Source: Hydrolagus colliei (lineage: Eukaryota). From it: 64,000 nt of DNA. Shown here in pieces: positions 23,601 to 35,600 of the stretch (its first letter is position 1; each line of letters begins with the position of its first letter). The DNA lies in NCBI GenBank assembly GCA_035084275.1, contig CM068752.1:10106001-10170000 (forward strand), read 5' to 3'. The notes beneath the pieces were generated by a model. The model searched no databases, was not told the origin of the DNA, and saw only the letters and a list, made by a program, of their open reading frames with translations. The translations under genes were made by a program, and so were the position numbers.

Positions 23601-26600
23601 AGTTTGTCTAAGCAAAGTTTGCCAGGGCGAGCAAGAAATAAAACCAGGGTGCGAGCGAAAGCAATCATATCGACCGGCACTGCCCGCTCACGTCCGCGAG
23701 TTATTCTGCCAGCAGCCCCGTCTAATGCAGGTACGTTCTCTCTCTCTCTACCCCTCTTTCCCTCTTAATACTCGGTCAATCTTAACTTGCCTATACTTTT
23801 CTCTCAAGTATTTCTCGCTACTCCTGTGCCTCTCAAAACCCCTGTGAGAGAGAGGAATAAGGCAGGAAATCTCCCAGACTAAAGATAAACAAATCCCCCT
23901 TTACTGCCATGTACTTCCTAAAGGAATTTACATTGAGTTGATTTATTGACTTATCTCTCTCTCTCTCTCTCTACACATATTTATATATATATACACATAT
24001 ATATATTATAGTGCAGCAATCTGAAATCGCCTATATTCAAGTGGTCACTATGCCTGTCAATCAAGCAGATACAACAGAATCTCCTATGGCTTTAGCCAGC
24101 AACGGAGTTCCAGGTATGGAACTATTTTAAAGTTGACGTAAAGTTTTCAGGCAATAAAAGATAATTTAATTTGCTGCAATGAATCTTTCAGGAGGGCCTC
24201 TGGTGATATTGTTGTGTGCATGAATTAATTATATACAGAGGCCAAGGATGTCATTATTTAATGAGCGACTTGACTTTTTTTTACTATGTACAGTTATGAA
24301 GATGTGCTAAAATCACCGTTCTTTTTTAGCCAGAAGTTCCACTGCAAGGAGTATGATGAGTTCTCCTCCGACAGGACTGAAACCCAGCACTTTAAAGCAA
24401 TTGGGACATTCGGTTTTACGTGTGAGCCATGTAAATGGGGAAGAGCAGGCGAGTATTCCATATTGTGGCAAAACGGGTCATGTCAGGCCAGGTCAAAACC
24501 TTGGATGAGTTTCCTTACTTCACACGCCTGATAATCTGTCAAGAACAAAAATAAACTATAATTAATTGGTCACTTCAATCCATGTCTGTTCGTGGGACAC
24601 TGCTTGTACGCAAATGGCTGCCGTGTTTCTCCCACAAAATATACAGTCAATTTACTTTGAGACACCTGGAAGAAGTAATAAGATGCCACATCAAATGCAA
24701 GGATTATTAGTATTGAAAGCTAGCAATAGCTCTGGCACAATCAAAAATGTCTTCCAACATCAGTGGTCACTAGGACTCAAACCTAAGGATCCAGCACTCT
24801 GCTGGGAAGCCACCTTTTATTACCATGCGGCTAATAGCGCTTTAGGACTTTCTGACGTGGAAGGCGCTAGACAAGTGTAATTTGATGTTGTCTGTTGCTA
24901 GAAGTTGTGTGTTTTGTTTTGCTTTTAGACTGACTTAGCACCCGCCATAGACAGAGCAGCCTCTCAACGTAGTGCAGTCGCCATCAGAAGCATCTGTCTG
25001 ACTCCACCAAAAAACAGCAAAGGAAGCACTTTTGTAAGCAAGTTACGCATGAGCTGTGAAACGTGATTATAGTTTTATTCTGTATTCTGTTTATGTACAT
25101 TGCTTCCTTTCTCAGCTCCCATTTCCACAAACGTAAGACATGTTTGAAATAGAGTATATTTTATAATTGGATCTTTGCACACAATATGTTTTGGGTGAGA
25201 ATTCTGTGCATTATTTTTAAGACGGTGTCTTTTCTTAAGCTCTTTTCTCTCCTACATCTTATTTGGGTCTCCTGGGCTATAGGGAATTGTAACACTTCAT
25301 ATCAGTAGCAATTTACTCCCCTTATCAGTATATTTGGAGACCTGTAGCTCAGTGTTTAGAGCACCTGTCTTACAAGTGAGAGACCTGGGTTTGATTCCAG
25401 GCAGGGCGAAACCTTGGGCAAGTTTCCTTATGCCATATGCCTGACGATAATCCCTCAAATTTTTTTTTTGTCATTTTCAATCCATGACTATTTGTGGACA
25501 CTGCTGTGCGCTATTGCCTACTGGGTTTCACCCACAAAATATACAGTCAATTCACTTTACGGTATATTCTGTGAAGCGCTTTGAGACGTCTAGAAGACGT
25601 GAAAAGTGTAATATCAAATTCAACGATTATTATTATTTGACTTTACAATATGTGAAGCATTTTTGGGGTGTATCATCGATGTGTTAAGACCCTATATGAA
25701 AGTCGAGGATGATGATTATTACCTCCTTGGAAATTCTGGTAGTATTCCATAACAACAACTACAATAACTGTTAAGACTTCTACTGTTTAAAGCGTAGTTC
25801 AGTTGTATTCTGACTGTTTTGTTGATGAATATTTCTCTTGTTATTATTCTTAAGGATCTGGGTTTGGCAACCTGCAGAGGTAAAGGAAGATGTAAAAATC
25901 CAAGGTGTACCTATGTTTACATGAATCGATATAAACCAGGAGTTTGTCCAAAATGCGGCTATGACTTTGCAAGAGAGAAACACGATATAAAGCCATCAAA
26001 GCCCGTGGTAAGTAATACTTGTAGGATATGTCAAATGGAGCTCTTAACAGTAGCAATTTACTCCCAGGTGGCTCGAAGAATGCATTTGAAATGAGGTTAT
26101 GGAGGGTGTTTTCCAAATATCCTAAAGATCTCCTTAACACGACGCTAGCTCCGCAAGGGAGAGGAAGGGAGTAGTGCTCTTAGGCACTGCTTGCCAACTC
26201 TGTTTAAATATTCGCCCTCTGTTCTGTGACAATGTCCTGCATCTTCATCTCTCCCAAAATATGGTTGTTCCTTTAAGAACATGTCATTGATTGCATTCCG
26301 TTGCTTAACATTCAACCCTGTCTCTGGTCAGTGTTCTGAGGCACTATCTTGAATGGAATAATAATAATAATAAACCTTGCATTTGATATAGTGCTCTTCA
26401 CTTCCTCTAGACGTCTCAAAGCGCTTCACAGATGTATTTTAAAGTGAATTGACTGTATGTTTGTGAGCGAAACGCGGCAGCCAATTGCACACAGCAGCGT
26501 CCCCACAAACAATCGTGGATTTAAATGACCAATATTTTTTTGACGAATTATTATCAGTCGTGTGGAGTAAGGAAAGTTGCCCAAAGTTTCACCCTGCCTG

Positions 26601-29600
26601 GAATTATGTACATCTGTACATGAATATATATGTGCCGTATATCTGCAAATTGCTGTCGTTACAAGCTGTCTAATGCTTGGCTCTCTGCGACACTACCCTG
26701 AGTGAGGGGGGGCGCGATTTAAATGCAAATTGTTGTTGTGGTCTTTTGGTGGCCAATTGCTGTGAACATCTTGAGCATCGTCAAGTGGAAGCAAGTGACA
26801 CAAGTGGCTGATTACTGAGAAAACCAACTTGTCGTTACAATGCGAAGTCCCACCTGCTAAGATTTTCACCCCAAAATTTTTATTTCAGATAAACGGTGCA
26901 CTTTCCTCGGGTTTGCTGAATCCAGATGAATCATTAACTCAGGCGCAAAAGGACTTGCAACGTCAGACCACACTGCTGCTGCTCAGGAGGACTGTTCAGA
27001 TCCCCGAGAACGAGGCTGAACTTCATGAAATTTTCAGTCTAATTCAGGAACTCAACAGCTCACAGTTGATTTTGTCCACAGTCAACGAGACCATAACTCT
27101 CGAACAGAATTCCTGGCCTAACTACTTCGAGTCTGCAGCCACCATTTGTGGCCTGTGTGACACCCCCTTGTTCAAAGATGGATGCAAGTAAGAAACCACT
27201 TGTTGACTACTGCTGTTTTTACACCTGAATTTAATGCTGAGCATCAACTTGTGTGGGGTTTTGTTATTGTTGTGATTATGGGAAGAAAGGATCCATTTAA
27301 ATGTTTCTAAACTGGGTAGAGACATATTATAAAGGAGGGAAAAATATGGTTCCACTTAAAGCGTGAAGATATGAGGAAAAGGAATGGAAAATGAGCTGAG
27401 ATAATCTTGAGTGGTTTGTGCTGAAACTCCGGGGATTATCACTTAACATAGTAAAATGTTGGCACTGTGCAATTTGGCCTGAATTACTGACGTACTGATT
27501 TTTATTTTAGTTCAGTTACTGCCCCGGAGGAATGCTGGTTGTTGACCGAAAGTCAGTTTCAGGTAGTTTTAGTTCAGACGAAAATGTGTCTGAATCCTCA
27601 GTGTCTCGCACTTCATAACTTCACTGACATAAACTCAGGTAAGAGATGTAACCCTTCATTACACTGTTATAATCTTGCCATAACAGTTGATTGCTTTTCT
27701 GGGATTGAGTCAAATACCGAACTTGAGATCAGTGTTTAGTTATCTACACCACCTCTTCACCCAGGTTGCTTAATTTTTAATGCACTTTATTCTAGATTGT
27801 CATTACACATTCCTAAATAATCTTTAAAAAATATTGTGCAACCATATTTCTCCCACAAGAAATAGTCAATTCACATAATAGTATGTTCTGTGAAGCGTTT
27901 TGTGATGTCTCGAAGACGTGATAAAGTTATATAACAAGTGCTAGGATTATTATTATTATTTGAAATTTCTAAGATGTTCTTATTATTCGTCTGCCATTGC
28001 CAGGTTTATTTAATATTGGCAACAAGCTTTTGGTAAGTATGGACTTGCTGTTCAAAATAAGAAGCCACATCAAGCTTGGGGAAGATCCAAAGGATGTAAC
28101 CAGCACCATATTAGAGTCTGTCCAAAAAATCACAGGTAGGTTTACTATCATCTGCACAAATTGTCTCAACTAGTCTTTGTCGTGGCATTCAAGGGCACAT
28201 CCGATGAATTGTAACTAGGATTTGACTTTGTCTCTTCAGTACAGTTTATTGTTGTGATGTTTGAGATACACTGCTGTGTTTCTGCCACTAGAGACTGCTT
28301 GTGAGCTATGAAAATTATCCTATGGCTGTCATGCGATACTGTGGAATTTTTATTTTAGCTGTGGCTGTGTGATTTTTTTATTTTTTGCAGTTCACGATCA
28401 TGACTGTGGGAGGCTTTGCCTTTATTACGCAAAGCGATGTGGACGAGAGCAAGAGTCAGATACTGATGGATTGTAATTATTGTTGGCAAAGAGTTAAAAA
28501 TATGTTGCAAGAAATGTTATAGCTTTGAGACCTCTCAAGTATTTTGAACCCCAAGCTAGGATGAGCATTTATGATGTGGCTCAAAACTTGTATATCAAGT
28601 GAGAGATGCAAATTTTCTGCGATAGGAATCCATCTTATCAGATTTAAGTTTATTTCAGCTTTTAAAGGGGTAGGAAAGTTAGATGGGTATGGTATACTCA
28701 TCCAAGGCATTTGATGATGGTTAGCACTTGTGTGAAAGCCAGTATTTTTTATGGCAATGTCCTTCCTTCCAGTTTCGAAGCCATAGTTAATCTGGAAAAG
28801 CTTATTTTAGTCAATATGTGGGTGAGAAAGACAATCAGGGTCCATTTCAGCCAGGCCTTGGGGAGGTGAACAGACAATACAGTTGGGGCAAAGGACAGGA
28901 GTTAGCTTGGAGACTGGACCATCTGAGAGCCCCCAAAGTTATGTAAAACCTGAAGCTGTATGTCAACGCCTCAGAGTATGTATGAGAAGAGTTCAGGCAG
29001 ACTGATGTTAAATATTTGTGAACATGTTCTATTTTTATTGCTTGCCCCGTTCCTCGCACTCCCCTGTGACAGCTCAGCTGAGGTCAGGAAGGCAGTGAGT
29101 AGGTCTAAACTGTGCCAGACAAACCACTTGCATCGCACAGCGCAGGAACATCTCAAAACCTGTGCTCAGTGTGGGATTCCAATGAACTCTTGTCATTTCT
29201 GGTGAACTTCTGGTAACTTTGAGCCCTTGGGTAGATTTTAGCATAAAAATGACATGATATTGACCTCTAGTTTGACTGTTCTATCCAGTTGGGGAGTAAA
29301 CCTGATTTATTTTCGTCCAGTTTTTTTTAAAAAGAAGGATAAAAGAATGATTTAATTTCTCAAATCCTCAATTTGTTTTTCTTTCCAAACTGAGATTTAA
29401 TCTCTTAATCACATTAGAATTAACGTTGGTTTGCAGGTAAGGAACAGGAATTCAGAGTGTTGAAACGCTTTCATACTCAGCCTAACAGCAGAACGTGACC
29501 TTGCATGTCTAGTGCGAAGATTTGAATATTCTTTCCCCCATCACATTTTAATGGTAGCTGTATTACTGAAATCAATCCTTATCAGACTGCTGAATTGAAT

Positions 29601-32600
29601 CCTTTCACTGGGACGCAACGCTTTAATGTGAGATAAACGCACAGTCTATCACTAAAAGGTTATTAGCAGATGCTTAGTTGGAACTTGTTGTTTAGTGATA
29701 GACTGAGCGTTTTGTTAACCATTTTATGGTTTCAGTTGTAAAAATAAAGTCCAATCTTGTTCTCTTGATGGTTTGTCCAAATGATGGATTCTTATTTTAC
29801 CCTTTAACCATCACAGGAATTTATGTAGCATTTATCTTTTGTTGGGGAAAAAATACCCTTTATTTCATGGGGGGGGTTTTAAGACTGTTTTTGAAACGCT
29901 GAATTGTAGAAAATATAACCCTCTGTCTCTACCACATTAACCAATATCCCGAGGTAAGCACTCTGGGATGCTACCCCGTGCGAAGGCGCTGTACAAATGC
30001 CTTGTGGAGTCCTGTAGCTCAGTGGTTAGAGCACTCGCCTTACAAGCGTGAGACCTATGTTCAAATCCAGTCAGGTCAGGACGAAACCTAGAGCAAGCTT
30101 TTTTAATCCACACGCCTAATAATAATCGCTCCCCCAAAACTATAATAAATTAGTCATTTCAATCCATGACTATTTGTGGGACACTGCTGTGCGCAAATGG
30201 CTGCCACATTTCGCCCACAAATATACAGTCAATTCGCTTTACAGTATATTCTGTGAAGCGCTTTCAGACGTTTGGAAGATGTGAAAAGCGCTATATCAAA
30301 TGCAAGGATTATTATTATTATAAATACAAGTTGTTGTTGTCGTGCGGCTGGAAATTTGGTCGTAAGAATCCGCATCAAATTTATTTTCCAGAGAAAACCA
30401 TGGCTGAGGAGCAGGTGAACCAACTTCAAGAGCTGCTGTGCAATGGGTATTGGGCTTTCGAATGTCTCACCATCCGTGACTACAATGATATGATCTGCGG
30501 GATCTGCGGGGTAGCGCCCAAGCTGGAGATAGCACAGAGCAATCCTGCAAACGTTCTTGCACTGAAAAACGTTGAGGTGCGTTTGACCCGCCGACATCAT
30601 TCTCAATCTTAAATTGTGCGGAAATAAATAATGTGAAACAAATAATCCCCCAAACATTCTCTTCCCATACCCTATTCCCTGAGCCCCTGACTTGCTTAAG
30701 TGGACCCTGTTAGTTGCTTGGGGATGTTGTTGAGGCTCGACAGCGTAAATCACTTGAGAAATGATTGGATGCATTTGTGGCGAGAAAATAGTCTAAGGGC
30801 TACAGTGGACACACAAGTTTCCCTGAATAATGATTGTGAATCTGTGTGCTATCTATGATGCAGCTTTGACATGGTTCTTTTCCATTTGATGGGTCTACTG
30901 TTTCCTAACCTATTGCACTCCCCAGTTTACATGGCCAGATTTCCTCACCTCTGATGAAGTCAACGCAGAGGATTTTTGGTCCACAATGGAGAACGAAGCC
31001 ATAGAGCAAGCCGTGTTCCCCTCCAGCATTCCCATCACAAAATTTGATGCTTCCATAATTGCTCCGTTCATCCCGCCACTCTTGAGGGGTTCGGTGGTGG
31101 TTAACAGCGAGAAGGATAAAAACCCTCATCCGCAGAGGGCTGCCGGTGAGAGACTGCGACTTCACTTAATTAATTAATCAATCCATTTCTCCATAGATCA
31201 TTATCACCTTTAAACTCCCTATAATAGACGGAGAGACAAGTGATCTCACACACAGTGTATCTATATATCTGTAGAGCGATAATCTGGATGTCCACAGGAA
31301 AAGCATGATTACACAACAAGTTTGTTGTAAACGTACCCTTTTATATCACTGGTTGGCTTAAATGGAGCCGTGTTTGGATTATTCTCACAAAATGGCCAGT
31401 CCAGAAAGTTGCCATCTTTTAAGTCAAGTCCGTGTCACTTCCTGCGCTCTGTGTGTGCTCGCTGTGCACAGGGCGCAAGAAGCGGCATTGACAGAACCTG
31501 ACGTCCCACAAGTTGGCCGTTCTTTGGTGAGCTGGAAGTTGCCACCACCTTTATGATGCTGAAACAGTAACACCCATTAAAATGTGGTTGGGATTTTAAG
31601 GACCCCATCCACCCACCCCCAACTACCTCCTTCATTATAATAATAATAATCCTTCCATTTGATATAGTGCCTTAACACAACTTTGCAACACAGTAAAGTG
31701 AATTGACTATATTTTGTCGGCCAAACGAGGGGCGCACGGTAATGTCCCACAAACAATCGTGCAGTGAGTGACCAAACTACTATTTATACAATAGGTTCTC
31801 CTGTATATATCCAATTCACAAAAGGATTGTTTGTGGCTAGTTCACCTCAAAGTAACTAACCTTGCTATATCCGAACTTTCAACAGGAAATCCGAGGGTAC
31901 TGGTGAGGTTGCTGCATGATGGGGTTTTCAAAGCTGAGCAACTGGACTCCTACAGTGAAGAAGAGCTAACTAATCTGCTCATCTCGTGTGACATTCCAAT
32001 TCATCCCGGCGACACCAAGGTAACTAATCTGTGTTCGTTCACAATGTAGGAACGAGAACAAACAATTTGATTCTTTCAGAATCCGGCAATTCTCCCCCAG
32101 ACTTGCTTTGTGTTCGTTCGCGGTGAATCAGGAATCTGCAAATGCATTTTGAAGTTTTAACTTGAGACCAGATCTCATCCCCATGTTGCAGAAATACTTG
32201 AGCAAATCGGCTTCCTAACTAGCTGATTTGTTGCAGTGAAGAACATACTAACAATTTGTACTCTTAGTAGTGGTCGGAGGAGCTACTTCAATTTAGAACA
32301 ATAGTGCAATTAATGCAACAAATAATCAAACATTCTTCATAAATATGAAATACACCCAAAACAAAGTTTATATTGAAAATATGCTCTTCATTGTTTTTTA
32401 AGATGGGCCCATTCTAAGGTGTTTGTTCACCAGGTTGTCAAAGGTTGCATTTTTTTTGCCATAAAGATATATCGAAACGCAAAATTTTAGTAATGATTAT
32501 AGTTGTTCATGCGTAGAAGGGAAAAATAAATAAAGGAAAGTCACAGAAGAATGGATCAAGGCGACTGGAAACCAGAGGACAGACTGCAAGTTCCCAATGT

Positions 32601-35600
32601 CCCAATTACAAATGTTCCAGCAGTGGTTTCGCTCAGAGCTCTAGAGAAATGTAGCTTGTGTCAAAATGAGGAGGAAAAGAAATATAAACGGCAGGCATGA
32701 CAGGGGTGGTGTGTTCAGGCAGGCAGGTTGTGGTTTCATTGCTTGAGAGGCGATGAATGTGTCCTCAAGCCCAGTAAGAAATGCTCTCCTTGGCGTCGCC
32801 TATAAGTAACCCAGAGATTATGTATAACTTTACGCTGACTGTGTAAATCATGTCAGCTGAAAAATAATTTTGGACTGAATCCCACTTCTCTTTCACAGAA
32901 AGAGGTCGTTGCATGCAAACGGGAAAAACATGCTTTTTTGGCTCATCAGGCAGCAATAAATTGAGAGTATTTAGTGAAATTAATGACATTATTAACTTTC
33001 ATTTCTAGGTTACTAGCTTGGCTCACTTTGGTAGCATTCTTGCCTGCCACTTAGGCAGTACGTGAGTTCCAGCGACACATCGGGAATTGGATCTTGTGGT
33101 TAAAGGACAATATTCTTTTGCAGTGCTGGGGAAAACACAGCATCTCAATGGAGTGTCATCATCCAGAATGAGGTGTTAAACAAAGTAACCTCATGACTGT
33201 TCAGTTTCAGAAAACTTTTTTTCAGGTGCAGAGAGATGTAAGATTGCAGGCAGTTTTTTAAGATTATTATTTTACGTTCTGAACCATGGAAGGATGTTCA
33301 TACTATATCATAATGTTCAAGAAAGCCAAAATCTTGTGTGTGTGTGGATCATCATAAATCAAATGCAGTGGCTTCCCCCCCACCTCCCCAACTTAGAGAG
33401 AAATAGCTATCAAATGATTTTCATGTTTAGACCTCTTTGACTTTGGCTCCCAAGCAGATGAAATGATACTTCTGATGGTTTTGGAGCATCAAAATGGGTT
33501 GTTGTTTGACTGGTTCAGTGCACTGAACCTGAATTCTCTGCCTCGCGATCCAGCCAGCCCTTCAACGTCTGCCCAGCGACGCTTGCCAAAACACTCAGAA
33601 ATGCTTAATTTTGACATTGAACTGCATGGAAAGAGGTTCACGGTACACATTCCATTGGTGAAAAATCAAATGATAATACCACAAAGTTTGCCCCCAAAAT
33701 ACCTCAATGTATATGAACGCTGTATGTATTCACTTAAATTCACAGTGGTGATAAATTTGAGAGGTTATGCTATTCTGCAGTATTAGAATCAGCGTTGATA
33801 TTTAAGGTGGCAAACAGATACTAGTGAGACCAAGCATGATGGAGATTCAAGAGTGATTCAAGAGTGATCGTAGAACACAAATGCCAATAATAAATGTATT
33901 ACGTAAGTTCGGGTGCTTCTAGCTGGAGTTGATTGCATTCTTGAGATCTGCATTAGTGTCTATTCTTATTCTTACTTTATTTTCAGTGACTAACATTAAT
34001 GGTATTTCTACCATTTACCGGAGATATTGCTGGCTACAACTTCATTCTCTGTATTTTTCTCCTTCTTGCATTCACACCCTCTCTCTCTTGCACGCATCCA
34101 GCCACACACCACCCCACACACACACCAGCTGTGGTTTCATTCACCAATTCTCTCTTGATTTCAAAGCATGTCAATCTGAAGTTTTAAAAAGGCAGATGCA
34201 ATTTGGCATCTTGAGCCAAAATGGTCTCCTTGAGTATGTTTAGCCTTGATGCCAAAGTAAACAGCTGACAATCAGCTTAGTTTTTTTCTTAAAAGCACAC
34301 ACTCCTCAAAATCTTGACCTTGCATAACCTTGGATATTATTCATTGGATGTTAAGCTCGCCTGGTATCTTGTGCAAGGGATGTGTGAGCTTCCTTGGTGA
34401 GTATCTGTAGGATACTGAGGAGCATTATAGATGAGCCCAATTTTCTTCTCACCCAAGCACGCAAACACACAAAATTTAAAGCAAGTTACATCACTGGATA
34501 GTGATGGAGCGATGTTTCTTGTTGCTTCCCTTATCCTTATCCAGTGCCTTGGGCTGTCCTTCTGATATGAAAGGTACTATACAAGTGTAATTTTATTGTT
34601 ATCTCAGGATCACTGAAGTCAATAGTAGGGTCCTGATTTTGCAACCTTAGAGATCATCAGCTGTTTGGCATTTTGTCACACTTGCCTGTTGCGTGTTTTG
34701 TAGGAACACTTGCATTCTGCGTTACTTGCCTTATATTCCTCTGTGCTGGAGGGCTCACCTTTGGAATGCAGAACGCCTTTGTGTGATGTGACTGGAGGAA
34801 AAGTCTCTAAATCCTGCCTGCATCAGGTAGGATCCGATTTTGAAAGCAAATAATCCTGCTTTGTTATGGTTAAGTAGCCATGAAGAATATGAAGGGAGTT
34901 TAGCAGGTGTATTCTATAGATGATCGCACGTTATAATCATCTGCTTGATGCATTCCATGAAAACTAACTGATGGGAATGTGAGCCTTGTAAAAGTTTACA
35001 TTTCTATGAATTGGAGACCAACATCTTTGGCCCGTTGTTTGCAGTGTTTTGCAGAGCAGAGGAATTTAGCTGGAGGCAATTTCCAAATCTATATTTTCTG
35101 TGTAATTTAATTGCCACAGGACATTTTACTGATTCCCACAGTGCCGATCCGATGACGCAATGCCATAGCTAACTTTTTCCACCATCCACTTGTCTGTTTA
35201 TTCCATTGAATGCTGAACAGCTAATTAATTCCCGATTCTAAGCTGATGACCACCAGTAAACAGACTATACCAATACAAAGAGCCCAGGATTTTCTACCCG
35301 TTTAATACCCTATTTCCACTAGGGCTCTCTTAACCTGCCGGTGAGTGGAGATAGGACAGTAGTTCTTCACGGGAAGGAAGAAATGGCGAGTTCTCTGTTG
35401 CCAAGATTAAAACAATTTTTAAAAAAAGTGTATTAAATGAGTTATAATCAATTAGAAACCTTTAGGACAGTTGAGCTTTCAAGGAATCTGTTCATAAAAA
35501 CGTAGCCATTTAAGAGTTTTTATAACTGTCTGTTCATATAGGAGCTATGGTTTAACTGGCAGAATAATTGCCTTGTTAACAAGTAGCAGCTGATTTCTGG

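Noticed and set aside
28030-28040. Strong internal donor TTG|GTAAGT inside an HMGXB3 exon
   Set aside because: Its use would break the frame, and the downstream coding sequence stays HMGXB3-like up to the donor at 28135.
30005-30080. tRNA-Val(TAC)-like sequence with A and B boxes (many copies)
   Set aside because: Always fused to the SINE body and lacks a proper acceptor stem. These are SINE heads, not tRNA genes.
30166-30391. SINE-derived ORF reading in frame into an HMGXB3 exon
   Set aside because: A good acceptor at 30391 gives the correct phase. The upstream open frame is incidental, as are the many other 60-120 aa '[30 protein letters not shown]' ORFs from SINEs.
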